A stretch of DNA of 64,000 nt from the human T2T-CHM13v2.0 reference genome, Homo sapiens: NCBI RefSeq assembly GCF_009914755.1, contig NC_060948.1; one strand, written 5' to 3'. The notes under the pieces are model-generated. The model was not told where the DNA came from. It saw nothing but the letters and a program-made list of their open reading frames with translations, and searched no databases. This document shows positions 1 to 13,700 of this stretch, in pieces. Within the stretch, counting starts at the first letter, position 1, and each line of letters begins with the position of its first letter. A program made the position numbers and the translations under genes.

Positions 1-3000
1 CCATTCCATTCAAGAAGATTCCATTCCATTCAAGTCCATTCCAGTCGATTCCATTCCATTCCATTGCATTCCATTCGATTGTATTCCATTCCATTCCATT
101 AGAATAGATTCCATTCCATTCTATTCCATTCCATTCGATTCATTTCCTTTCGAGTCCATTCCATTCGAGTCCATTCCAATCAAGTCCATTTCATTCCAGT
201 CCATTCCATTCGATTCCCTTCCATTCGATTCTATTCCATTCGATTCTATTCCATTCGATTCTATTCCATTCAATTCTATTCCATTCGATTCCATCCCGTT
301 TGATTGCATTCCATTCGATTGCATTCCATTCGAGTCCATCCAATTGAATCCATTCCATTTGCATCCATTCAATTCGAATCCATTCCATTCGTGTCCATTC
401 CATTCCATTCCATTCCCTTTGAGTCCATTCCATTCGATTCCATTCCATTCCAGTCCATTCCATTCGGTTCCATTCCATTCCTTTCCATTCCATTCGATTC
501 CATTCCATTCGATTCCATTCCATTCAATTCCATTCCATTCGAGACTGTACTATTACACTCCATTCGATTCCATTCCATTCGATTACATTCCATTCGATTC
601 CATTCCATTGCATTCCATTCCATTCCATTAGTTTCCATTCCATTCAATTCCATTCCTTTCGTTTCAAATCCCTTCCATTCAATTCCATTCCATTCAATTC
701 CATTTCATTCGATTCCATTCCTTTCGAGTCCATTCCATTCAAGTCCATATCATTCCAATCCATTCCCTTTGAGTCCATTCCATTCCAGTCCATTCCACTA
801 CAGTCCATTCCATCCAATTCCATTCCATTGGATTACATTCCATTCGAATGCATACCATTCGATTACATTCCATTCGAGTCCATTGAATTACACTCCATTC
901 CATTCCATACCATTCCATTCCATTCGATTGCATTCCATTCAAGTTCATTTCATTGAATTCCATTCCATTCCGGTCGATTACATTCGAGTACAATCCACTC
1001 TATTCCATTCCATACCATTCCATTCCATTCGAGGCGATTCCTTTCAAGTCCATTGCATTGCAGTCCGTTCCATTTGATTCCATCCCATTTGATTCCATCC
1101 CATTCGAGTCCATTCCATTCAAGTCTGTTCCATTCGAGTCCGTTCCATTCGAGTCCGTACCATTCTATTCCATTGCTTTCCTTTCCTTTCCTTTCCTTTC
1201 CATTCCATTCCTTTCCATTCCATTCCATGCGAGTCCATTCCATGCGAGTCCTTTCCATTCCAGTCCATTCCATTCAATTTCGATTGCATTCCATTCCATT
1301 CTAATCCGTTCCATCCGATTGCATGCCATCCGATTGCATGCCATCCGATTTGATTCCATTCTGTTCTATTCCATTCCATTTGATTCCTCTTCCTTTCGAG
1401 TCCATTCCATTCTAGTCCATTCCATTCCAGTCCATTCCATTCGAGTCCATTCCATTCCATTCTAGTCCATTCCATTCCATTAGATTCCAGTGCATTTTAT
1501 GCCATTCCACTCGATTCCATTCCATTCCATTCCATTCCAGTCCATTCGATTCCATTCCATTCAAATCAATTCCATTCCAATCCATTCCATTCCATTCTAT
1601 TCCATTCCATTAAATTTGAATCCATTCCATTCCATTCCAGTCCATTCCTTTCAAGTCCATTCAATTCCATTCCGTTCGAATTCATTCCATTCCATTCCAT
1701 TTGATTCCATTCCATGCCATTCCATTCAATTCAATTCCATTCGATTCCATTCCATTCAAATCAATTCCATTCCAATCCATTCCATTCCATTCTATTCCAT
1801 TCCATTCCACTCTATTCCATTCCATTAAATTTGAATCCATTCCATTCCATTCCAGTCCATTCCTTTCAAGTCCATTCCATTCCATTCCGTTCGAATTCAT
1901 TCCATTCCATTCCATTTGATTCCATTCCATGTCATTCCATTCAATTCAATTCCATTCGATTCCATTCCATTCAAATCAATTCCATTCCATTCTATTCCAT
2001 TCCATTAAATTCGAGTCCAATGCATTCCCTTCCCTTCCATTCCTTTCCATTCCAGTCCATTCCAGTCCAGTCCATTCCATTCGGATCCATTCCATTTCAT
2101 TCCATTGCTTTGAATTCCATTCCATACCATTCCAGTCCAGTCCATTACATTCGAGTCCATTCCATTCGAGTCCATTCCAATTGATTCCCTTTCATTTGAT
2201 TCCATTCCATTCGTTTGCATTCCATTCGATTCCATTCAATTAGATTCCATTCCATTCGTTTCCATTCCATTCGAGTCCATTCCATTCAAGTCCATTCCAT
2301 TCCAGTCCATTACCTTCGAGTCTATTCCATTCCATTCTATTCCATTCCATTCAATTCCATTCCTTTCGATTCCATTCCATTTGAGTCCATTCCATTCCTG
2401 TCCATTCCATTCCATTCAATTCCATTTCATTCCAGTCCATTCCATTCCTTTCCATTCCATTCCATTCGAGTCCATTCCATTGCATTCCATTGCATTCAAT
2501 TCCATTCGATTCCATGCCATTCCAGTCCATTCCTTTTGAGTCCATTCCATTCCATTCCTTTCGAATCCATTCCATTCCATTCCATGTCATTCCATTCCAT
2601 TCCATTCCATTCCATGTCATTCCATTCCATTCCATTCCCTTCGAATCCATTCCATTCCATTCCGTTTCCTTCCATTTGATTCCATAACATTTGATTCGAT
2701 TCAATTCCTTTCCATTCCAATCCATTCCATTCCATTCCATTAAATTCTATTCCATTCCATTTTATTCCATTTCACTCGAGTCCATTCCATTCAAGTCCAT
2801 TCCATTCCAGGCCATTTCTTTCGAGTCCATTCCATTCTATTCCATTCCATTCCATTCCTTTCGGGACCATTCCATTACTGTCCATTCCATTTGAATCCAT
2901 TCCATTCCAGTCCATTACATTTGATTCCATTCCATTCGATTCCATTCCATTCGATTGCCTTCCATTCCAGTCCATTCCATTTGAGTCCATTCCGTTTCCA

Positions 3001-3220
3001 TTCCTTTTGATTCCATTCCTTTCCATTCGAGTCCATTCCATTCCACTCGATTGCATTCCATTCGATTCCATTCCATTCGAGACCGTTCCATTCTGATCCA
3101 TTCAATTCGAGTCCATTCCATTCTATTACATTTCATTAGATTCCATTTCATTTGATTCCATTCCATTCGAGTCCATTCCATTCCATTCCATTCGAATCCA
3201 TTCTATTCCATTCCATTCCA
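1..3220 (+). repeat. Human satellite 3 (HSat3), (CATTC)n, DYZ1-like; open at the left edge
   Basis: Continuous CATTC pentamers with CATTCGATTC, TTCGAGTCC and TTCGAGACC variants; lacks the recurring CGATGATT motif typical of HSat2. Confidence 0.93.
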
Positions 3221-6200
3221 TAACACTCCCGTTCCACTTTACTCCACTCCACTCCATTAAATTCCATTATATCCAATTCCGTTCCACTCCATTCCACTCC
3301 TCTCCTCTCCACTGCACTCCACTGCACTCCATTCCACTCCATCCCATTCCATTCTGCTCCATTCCACTGCAATCCACTCCACCCCACTCATCTCCACTTC
3401 ATTCCATTCCATTCCATCCCATTCCATTCCTCTCCATTCCAGTCCACTCTACTTCACCTCACTCCACTCCACTCTAGTCCACTCCATTCCATTCCATTCG
3501 ATTCCACTGCATTCCACGCTATTCCTTTCTTTCAAAAGTATCTCACTCTGTCACCCTGCCTGCAGCACAGTGGCACAATCTCAGCTCACATTTCATTTCA
3601 CCATTCCATTCCATTCCACTCCACTCTACTCCACTCCAATCCATTCCACTCCACTCCAGTCCACTCCACTCCTTTCCATTCCATCCCATTCCATTCCACT
3701 CCTTTCCACTCCACTCCACTCCATTCCATTCCACTGCATTCCATTCCACTTTACTCCAGTCCACTCCACTCCATTTCATTCCACTGCATTGCATTCCACT
3801 CTTTTCCACTCCATTCCATTTCATTCCACTCCATTCCATTCTACTCCCTTCCACTCCTCTCCACCACATTCCACTCCATTCCATTCCCTTCCATTACATT
3901 ACATTCCATTGCATTCCACTCCACTCCACTCCATTCCTCTCCATTCCATTCCATTCCACTCCACTCCATTCCATGCCATTCCATTCCACTCCACTCCATT
4001 CCATTCCATTGCATTCCACTCCATTCTGCTCCACTCCACTCCACTCCACTCCCTTTCATTCCATTCCACTTCACTCCATTGCATTCCATTCCTTTCTTTC
4101 GACAGGATATCACTGTGTCACCCAGGCTGGAGTGCAGTGGCACAATCTCTGCTCACATTACATGTCAACTTTCCATTTCATTGCATTCTATTCCATTGCA
4201 TTCTGCTGAATTCCATTGCATTCCATTGCATTCCATTGCATTCCATTGTATTCCATTCCATTCCGTTCCACTCCACTCCACTACATTCTATAACATCCAA
4301 TTACATTCCACTCCTCTCCATTCCACTGCTCTCCCCACCACTCCATTCCACTCTATCCCATTCCATTCCACTCCATTCCACTGGACTCCGCTCCACCCCA
4401 CTTCACTCCACTTCATTCCATTCCATTCTATCCCATTCCATTCCTCTCCATTCCACTCCACTCCACTTCACTCCACTCCACTCCACTCCACTCCAGTCCA
4501 CTCCATTCCATTCCACTGCATTCCATTCCTTTCCTTTCTTTTGAGAGTATCTCACTCCATCACCCAGCCTGGAGAGCAGTGGCACAATCTCAGCTGACAT
4601 TTCGTTTCACCATTCCATTCAATTCCAATCCATTCAGTTCCATTCCGCTCCACTCCACTCCACTGCAATCCATTCCACTCCACTCCATTCCATTCCACTC
4701 CACTCCTTTCCATTCCATTCCACTCCTTTCCTCTCCAATGCACTCTACTCCACTCCATTCCATTCCACTCCATTAGATTCCATTCCTTTCTTTTGACAGG
4801 ATCTCACTCTGTCACCCAGGCTGGAGTGCATTGGCACAATCTCAGCCCACTTTTCATTTCACCATTCCATTCCATTCCATTCCACTGTACTCCACTCCAA
4901 TCCACTGAATTCCAGTCCACTCCACTCCAACCTATTCCATTCCATTCAATTCCAATCCCTTCCATTGCACTCCTTTCTTTCGACAGGATCTCCCTCTCAC
5001 ACAGGGTGCAGCGCAGTGGCACAATCTCAGCACACATTTCTTTTCACCATTCCATTCCATTCCGTTCCATTCTGTTCCATTCCATTCATTTCCATTGCAT
5101 TCCATCCCACTCCATTCCATTCCACTCCACTCCTCTCCACTCCACTCCCTTCCATTCCATGCCATTCCGTTCCTTCCTTTCCAAAGGATCTCACTCTGTC
5201 ACATAGGCTGGAGTGCAGTGGCACAATCTCAGCTCACATTTCTTTCCACCATTCCATTGCATTCCATTCCATCCCATTCCATTCCTCTCTATTTCACTCC
5301 ACTCGACTCCATTCCACTCCAGTCGACTCCATTCCACTAAACTCGACTCCACTCAACTCCATTCCATTCCATTCCATACCATTTCACTCCATTGCATTCC
5401 ATAGCTTCTTTTCCACAGTATATCATGGTGTCACCCAGGCTGGAGTGCAGTGGCACTATCTCAGCTCATATTACATGTCAACTTTCCATTGCATTGCATT
5501 CTATTCCATTACATTCAATTGCATTCCATTCCTTTCCATTGCATTCCATTCCATTCCATTCCTTTCCATTCCATTCCACTCCGTTCGACTCCACTCCACT
5601 CCATTCCTCTACATTCCATTACATCCGATTCCATTCCACTCCATTCCACTCCTCTGCACTCCACTGCACTCCACTCCATTCCACTCCATCCCATTCCATT
5701 CCGTTCCATTCCACTGCACTCCACTCCACCCCACTCCACTCCACTTCATTCTATTCCATTCCTCTCCATTCCACGCCACTCCTCTTCACTCCACTCCTCT
5801 CCAGTTCACTCCATTCCGTTCTATTCCATTACATTACATTACACTGCATTCCATTCCATTCCATTCCTTTCTTTCGAGAGTATCTCACTCTGTCACCCAG
5901 CCTGGAGTGTAGTGGCACAATCTCAGCACACATTTCATTTCACCATTCCATTCCATTCTATTCCATCCCATTCCATTCCACTCCACTCCATTCCAGTCCA
6001 TTCCATTCCACTCCTTTCCACTCCACTCCATTCCATTCCACTCCATTCCATTCCTTTGTTTTGACAGGGTCTCACTCTGTCACCCAGGCTGGTGTGCAGT
6101 GGCACAATCTCAGCTCACATTTCATTTCACCATTCCACTCCATTCCATTCCATTCCACCGCACTCCACTCCACTCCACTCAATTCCATTCCACTCCAGTC

Positions 6201-9200
6201 CACTCCATTCCATTCCATTCCAATCCCTTAAATTCCACTCCTTTCCTTCAAAAGGATCTCCCTGTGTCACACAGGCTGTAGCACAGTGGCACAATCTCAG
6301 CACACATTTCTTTTCACCATTTCATTCCATTCCATTCCACTCTATTCCATTCCATTCCCTTCCACTCCACTCCAGTCCTCTCCATTCCACTCCACTCCAC
6401 TCCATTCCACTCCATGCCACTCCATGCCAATCCACTCCATTCCATTCCACTCTACTCCACTCCTCTCCATTCCACTCCAATCCACTCCACTCCATTCCAC
6501 TCCATGCCAGTCCACTCCACTCCATTCCATTCCACTCTATTCCACTCCACTCAACTCAATTCCACTCCCCTCCACTCCACTCCATTCCACTCCATTCCAC
6601 TCCCCTCCCCTCCATTGCATTCCCTTCCATTCCATTCCTTTCTTTCCACAGGATCTCACTCTGTCACAAAGGCTGGAGTGCAGTATCACAATCTCAGCTC
6701 ACATTTATTTTCACCATTCCATTGCGTTCCATTCCATCCCATTCTATTCCACTATATTTCACTCCACTCCACTCCATTCCATTCCACTCCATCCCATTCC
6801 ATTCGACTCCACTCCATTCCACTCCATTGCACTCCACTCCACTCCATTCCATTCCACTCTACTTCTCTCCACTCCACTCCCTTCCATGCCATTCCATTCC
6901 ACTCCACTCCTTTCCATTCCATTCCACTCCACTCCATTCCACTCCACTCCATTCCATTCCACTCCATTCCATGCCATTCCATTCCACTCCACTCCATTCC
7001 ACTCTACTCCATTCCACTCCACTCCACTCCATTCCTTTATTTCTACTGGATCTCACTCTATCAACCAGACTGGAGTTCAGTGGCACAATCTTAGATCACA
7101 TTTCATTTCACCATTCCATTCCATTCAATTCCATTCCATACCACTCCGTTCCACTCCACTCCACTCCACTAAATTCCTTTACATCCGATTCCATTCCACT
7201 CCATTCCACTCCTCTCCTCTCCACTGCACTTCACTCCATTCCACTCCATCCCATTCCACTCCATTCCACTGCAATCCACTCCACCCCACTCATCTCCACT
7301 TCATTCCATTCCATTCCATCCTATTCCATTCCTCTCCATTCCAGTCCACTCCACTTCACCCCACTCCACTCCATTCCATGCCATTCCATTCCACTGCATT
7401 CCATTCTATTCCTTTCTTTTGAAAGTATCTCACTCTGTCACCCAGCCTGGAGCGCAGTGGCACAATCTCAGCTCACATTTCATTTCACCATTCCATTCCA
7501 TTCCATCCCACTCCACTCCACTCCACTCCAATCCATTCCACTCCATTCCACTCCACGCCATTCCAGTCCACTCCACTCCTTTCCATTCCATCCCATTCCA
7601 TTCCACTCCTTTCCACTCCACTCCACTCCATTCCATTCCTTTCTTTTGACAGGATCTCACTCTGTCACCCAGGCTGGTGTGCAGTGGTACAGTCTCATCT
7701 CACATTTCACTTCACCATTCCATTCCATTCCATTCTATTCCACAGCACTCCACTCCACTCAATTCGACTCCACTCCACTCCAATCCATTCCATTCCAATC
7801 CCTTCCATTTCACTCCTTTCTTTCGACAGGATCTCCCTCTGTCACACAGGTTTAGTGCAGTGACACAATCTCAGCACACATTTCTTTTCACCATTTCATT
7901 CCATTCCATTCCGTTCCATTCCATTCCATTCCATTACACTCCATTCCATTCCACTGCATTCCATTCCACTCTACTCCAGTCCACTCCACTCCATTTCATT
8001 CCACCACATTCCATTCCACTCTTTTCCACTCCATTCCACTCTATTCCATTCCATTCCACTCCTCTCCACTCCACTCCATTCCATTTCATTCCATTCCACT
8101 CCATTCCATTCCCTTCCATTCCATTCCCTTCCATTACATTCCATTCGATTGCATTCCACTCCACTCCACTCCATTCCTCTCCATTCCATTCCACTCCACT
8201 CCATTCCATACCATTCCATTCCACTCCATTCCATTCCACTCCACTCCATTCCATTGCATTCCACTCCACTCCACTCCACTCCATTCCATTCCATTTCACT
8301 CCATTGCATTCCATTCCTTTCTTTTGACAGGATATCACTGTGTCACCCAGGCTGGAGTGCAGTGGCACAATCTCTGCTCACATTACATGTCAACTTTCCT
8401 TTTCACTGCATTCTATTCCATTGCATTCCATTGCTTTCCATTGCATTCCATTCCATTCCATTCCACTCCACTCTACTCCACTCCATTCCATACCATTCCG
8501 TTCCTTTCTTTCCAAAGGATCTCACTCTGTCACAGAGGCTGGAGTGCAGTGGCACAATCTCAGGTCACATTACATGTCAACTTTCCATTTCTTTGCATTC
8601 AATTGCATTCCATTCCTTTCCATTACATTCCATCACACTCCGACTCCGACTCCACTCCACTCCTCTACATTCCATTACATCCTATTCCATTCCACTCTAT
8701 TCCACTCCTCTCCACTCCACTGCACTCCACTCCACTCCATTCCACTCCATCCCATTCCATTCCTCTCCATTCGGCTGCACTCCACTCCACCCCACTCCAC
8801 TTCATTGCATTCCATTCCATCTCATTCCATTCATCTCCATTCCACTCCACTCCACTTCACTCCACTCCACTCCTCTGCAGTCCACTCCATTCCATTACAC
8901 TGCATTCCATTCCATTCCTTTCTTTCAAGAGTATCTCACTCTGTCACCCAGCCTGGAGCGTAGTGGCACAATCTCAGCTCACATTATATTTCCCCATTCA
9001 ATTCCATTCTATTCCATTCTATTCCACTCCACTCCACTCCAGTACATTCCACTCCACTCCACTCCAGTACATTCCACTCCACTCCACTCCTTTCCAGTCC
9101 ATTCCAGTCCTTCCCATTCCATCCCATTGCATTCCACTCCTTTCCACTCCACTTCCCTCCACTCCAATCCATTCCATTCCACTCCATTCCATTACATTCC

Positions 9201-10788
9201 TTTCTTTTGACAGGATCCCACTCTGTCACTCAGGCTGGTGTGCAGTGGCACAATCTCAGCTCACATATCATTTCATCATTCCACTCCATTCCATTCCATT
9301 CCACTGCACTCCACTCCACTCAATTCCACTCCACTCTACTCCAATCCATTCCATTCCATTCCAATCCCTTCCATTCCACTCCTTTCTTTTGACAGGATCT
9401 CCCTGTGTCACACATTTCTTTTCACCATTTCATTCCATTCCATTCCACTGCATTCCATTCCATTCCCTTCCACTCCACTCCACTCCTCTCCATTCCACTC
9501 CAGTCCACTCCACTCCATTCCAATCCGTGCCACTCCATTCCACTCCACTCCATTCCATTCCACTCTACTCCACTCCACTCAATTCCACTCCACTCAATTC
9601 CACTCCACTCCACTGCATTCCATTGCACTCCATTCCATTCCGTTCCATTCCTTTCTTTCCACAGGATCTCACTCGGTCACAAAGGCTGGAGTGCAGTGGC
9701 ACAATCTCAGCTGACATTTCTTTTCACCATTCCATTGCATTCCATTCCATCCCATTCCATTCCACTGTATTTCACTCCACTCCACTCCACTCCGTTCCAC
9801 TCCATGCCATTCCATTCCACTCCACTCCACTCCATTGCTTTCCATTCCTTTCCTTCGACAGGATATCTCTGTGTCACCCTGGCTGGAGTGCAGTGGCACA
9901 ATCTCAGCTCACATTACATGTCATCTTTCCATTGCGTTGCATTCTATTCCATTGCATTCCATTCCATTCCATTCCTTTCCATTCTGTTCCATTCCATTCA
10001 ATTCTCTTCCATTCCACTCTGTTCCACTCCACTCCCCTCCACTGCACTACATTCCATTACATCCGATTCCATTACACTCCATTCCAGTCCTCTCCACTCC
10101 AGTGCACTCCACTCCACTCCATTCCACTCCATCCCGTTCCATTCCGCTCCATCCCACTGCACTCCACTCCACCCCTCTCCACTCCTCTTCCTTCATTCCA
10201 TTCCATTCCACCTTTTTCCATTCCTCTTGATTGCACTCCAATCCACTTCACTCCACTCCACTCCAATCCATTCCATTCCATTCCACTGCATTCAATTCCA
10301 TTCCTTTCTTTAGAGAGTATCTCACTCTGTCACCAAGCCTGGAGTGCAGTGGCACAATCTCAGCTCACATTTCATTTCACCATTCCATTGCATTCTACTC
10401 CATTAAATTCCACTCCACTCCACTCCAATCCATTCCACTCCACTCCACTCCATTCCAGTCCACTCCAGTCCTTTCCATTCCATCCCATTCCATTCCACTC
10501 CTTTCTACTCCACTCCACTGCTCTCAACTCCATTACATTCCATTCCACTCCATTCCATTCCAGTACTTTCTTTTGACTGTATCTCACTCTGTCACCCAGG
10601 CTGGTGTGCAGTGGCACAATCTCAGCTCACATTTCATTTCACCATTCCATTCCATTCCATTCCACTGCACTGCACTCCACTCAATTCCACTCCACTCTAC
10701 TCCAATCCGTTCCATTCCATTTCAATCCCTTCCATTCCACTCCTTTCTTTCGACAGGGTCTCCCTCTGTCACACAGGCTGTAGTGCAG
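3221..10788 (+). repeat. Composite satellite: (CATTC/CACTC)n interleaved with 25 antisense Alu 3'-end fragments, 5-mer higher-order repeat
   Basis: GACAGGATCTCACTCTGTCACCCAGGCTGGAGTGCAGTGGCACAATCTCAGCTCAC-like motif recurs 25 times between ~3530 and ~10788, separated by CACTC-rich pentamer tracts; variant types recur in fixed order. Confidence 0.92.
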
Positions 10789-13700
10789 GTGATGAGACTA
10801 TTTTATAGTCTCTGTGTATGGGGGCATTTTGACCTATCTCTGCACTGATCACCCAAGTGATGTAACACTTGACTATGCTCTGCCTATTGGGGCATAGTGA
10901 CATATCACTGCATTGATCACTCAGATGTTGTAGCTCTTGCCTAGGCTCTGCCTACATGGGCATTGTGACACATCTCTGAACTGATCAACCAAGTGATGTA
11001 ACCCTTGTCTAGGCTCTGCCTACAGGAGCTTTGTGACATATCTCTGCACTGATCACCCAGGTGATGGGACTTTTGTCTAGGCTCTGCCTACAGTGGCATT
11101 GTGACATATCTCTACAGTAATCAACCAGGTGATGTAACTCTTGTCTAGGCTCTGCCTACAGGGGGCTTTGTGGTATAACTCTGCACTGATCACCCAGGTG
11201 ATGGGACTCTTCTCTAGGTTCTGCCTATTGGGGGCATTGTCACATATTTCTGCACTGATCACCCAGGTGACGGACTCTTGTCTTGGATCTGCCTATGGAG
11301 GCAATGCGACATATCTCTGAACTAATCACCCAGGTGATGTAACTCTTGTTTAGGCTCTGGCCACAGGGACATAGTGACATATATCTGCACTGATCACACA
11401 GGTAATGTAACTCTTCTCTAGTCTCTGCCTACAGAGGGCGTTGTGACATCACTCTGCAATGATCACCCAGGTGATGTAACCATTGTCTAGGCTCTACCTA
11501 CATGGACATTGTAACATGTCTCTGCACTGATCACCCAGGTGATGTAAATTTTGTCTAGGCTCTGCTCACAGGGGCATTTTGACATATCTCTGCACTGATC
11601 ACCGACATGATGTAACTCTTCTCTGGGCTTTGCCGACAGGACTAATTGAGACATATCTCTGCACTGATCACCGAGGTGATGCAACTCTTGTCTGGGCTCT
11701 CCTTACAGGGCGCATTGTGACATATCTGCCCTGATCACCCAGGTGATATAACTCATTTCTAGGTTCTGCCTACAGGGGCGTTATGACATATCTCTGAAGT
11801 GATCACCGAGGTGATGTAACTCCTGTCTAGGCATTGCTTACAGGGTGCATTGTAACATATCTCTGCACTGATCACCCAGGTGATGTAACCCTTGTCTAGG
11901 ATCTGACTAAAGGTTGCTTTGTCACATAACTTTGCACTGATCATCCATGTGATGGGGCTTTTGTCCAGGCTCTGCCTATGAGGGCATTGTGACGTATTTC
12001 TGCACTGATCATCCAGGTGACAGACTCTTGTCTTGCATCTGCCTCTGGGGGCACTGTGAAATATCTCTGCACTGATCACCCAGGTGATGTAACTGTTATA
12101 TAAGCTCTGCCTACAGGGGAATTGTGAGAGATCTCTCCACGGATCACCCAAGTGATGTAACAATTGTCTAGGCTTTGCCTACAGGGGGTTTTGTGACATA
12201 TCTTTGCACTGATCACCCAGGTGATGTAACTCATCTAAGCTCTGCCTACAGGGGCCTTGTGACATATCTCTGCACTGATCACCCCGGGGAGAGAATTCTT
12301 GTCTAGGCTCTGCCTACAAGGGGCTTTTTGACATATCTCTGCACTGATCACCTAGGTGATGTAACTCTGATCTACCCTCTTCCTACAGGGGGCATTGTGA
12401 AGTATGTCTGCACTGATCACCCAGTTGATGCAACTCTTGTCTAGGATCTGCTGACAGGAGGTATTGTAAAATATCTCTGCACTGATCACCTGGGTGATGT
12501 AACTCGTCTACCCTCTGCCTACAGGGGGTATTGTGAAATATCTCTGCACTGATCAACTAGGTGATGTAACTCTTGTCTAGGCTCTGCCTACAGGGGCGTT
12601 TTGACATATCTCTGAACTGATGACAAAAGTGATGTAACTCTTGCCTAGGCTTTGCCTACAGGGGACATTGTGACATATCTCTGCACTGATCACCCAGGTG
12701 ATGCAACTCTTCTCTATGCTCTGCCTACAAACGGCATTGTGACATATCTCTGCACTGATCACCCAGGTGAAGTAACTTTTCCAGTCTCTGCCTACAGAGG
12801 GCGTTGTGACATCATTCTACACGGATCACCAGGGTTATGTAAGTCTTGTCTAGGCTCTGCCTATGGGAGCACTGTGACGTATCTCTGCACTGATCATCTA
12901 GGAGATGTGACTCTTGTCTAAGCTCTGCCTACAGGGGCATTGGGACATATCTCTGCACTGATCACTGAGATGATGTAACACTTGTCAAGGCTTTGCCTAC
13001 AGTGAGATTTATGACATATCTCTGCACTGATCACCCAGTTGATGTAACTCTTGTCTAGGCTCAGCTTACAGGGGGTATTGTGAGATATCTCTGCACTGAT
13101 CACCCAGGTGATGTAACTCTTGTTAGGCTCTGCCTACAGGGGCATTTTAACATATCACTGCACTGATCACCGAGATGATGTAACTTGTACAGGCTTCGCT
13201 GACAGAGGTCTTTGAGACATATCACTTCACTGATCACCGAGGTGATGCAACTCTTGTCTGGGATCTGCCTACAGGGGGCATTGTGACATATCTCTGCATT
13301 GATCACCGAGGTGATGTAACTCTTGTCTAGGCTCTGCCTGCTGGAGACATTGTGACATATCTCTGCACTGATCACCCAGGTGATGTAACTCTTGTCTAGG
13401 CTCTGCCTACATGGACATTGTGACATGTCTCTGCACTGATCACCCAGGTGATGTAAATTTTTTCTAGGCTCTGCCCTCAGGGGCATTTTGACATATCTCT
13501 GCACTGATGACCTAGATGATGTAATTCTTTTCTGGGCTTTGCCGACAGGAGACATTGAGACATATCTCTGTACTGAACACGGAGGTGATGCAACTCTTGT
13601 GTGGGCTCTGCCTACAGGGGGCATTGTGACATATCTCTGCCCTGATCACCCAGGTGATGTAACTCTTGTCTAGGCTCTGCCTAAAGGGGGTATTGTGACA

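Noticed and set aside
1-3220. HSat2 assignment
   Set aside because: Lacks the regular CATTCGATGAT-type units of HSat2; dominated by simple CATTC with HSat3/DYZ1-like variants.
3524-10788. CRISPR-like repeat/spacer appearance
   Set aside because: The repeat is an Alu fragment, the spacers are 100-500 bp of satellite rather than unique 30-40-mers, there are no cas genes, and the context is primate.
1-10848. Long ORFs up to 750 aa (HSIPF/MEWNG repeats)
   Set aside because: CATTC/CACTC pentamers rarely produce stop codons; the products are low-complexity translations of satellite.
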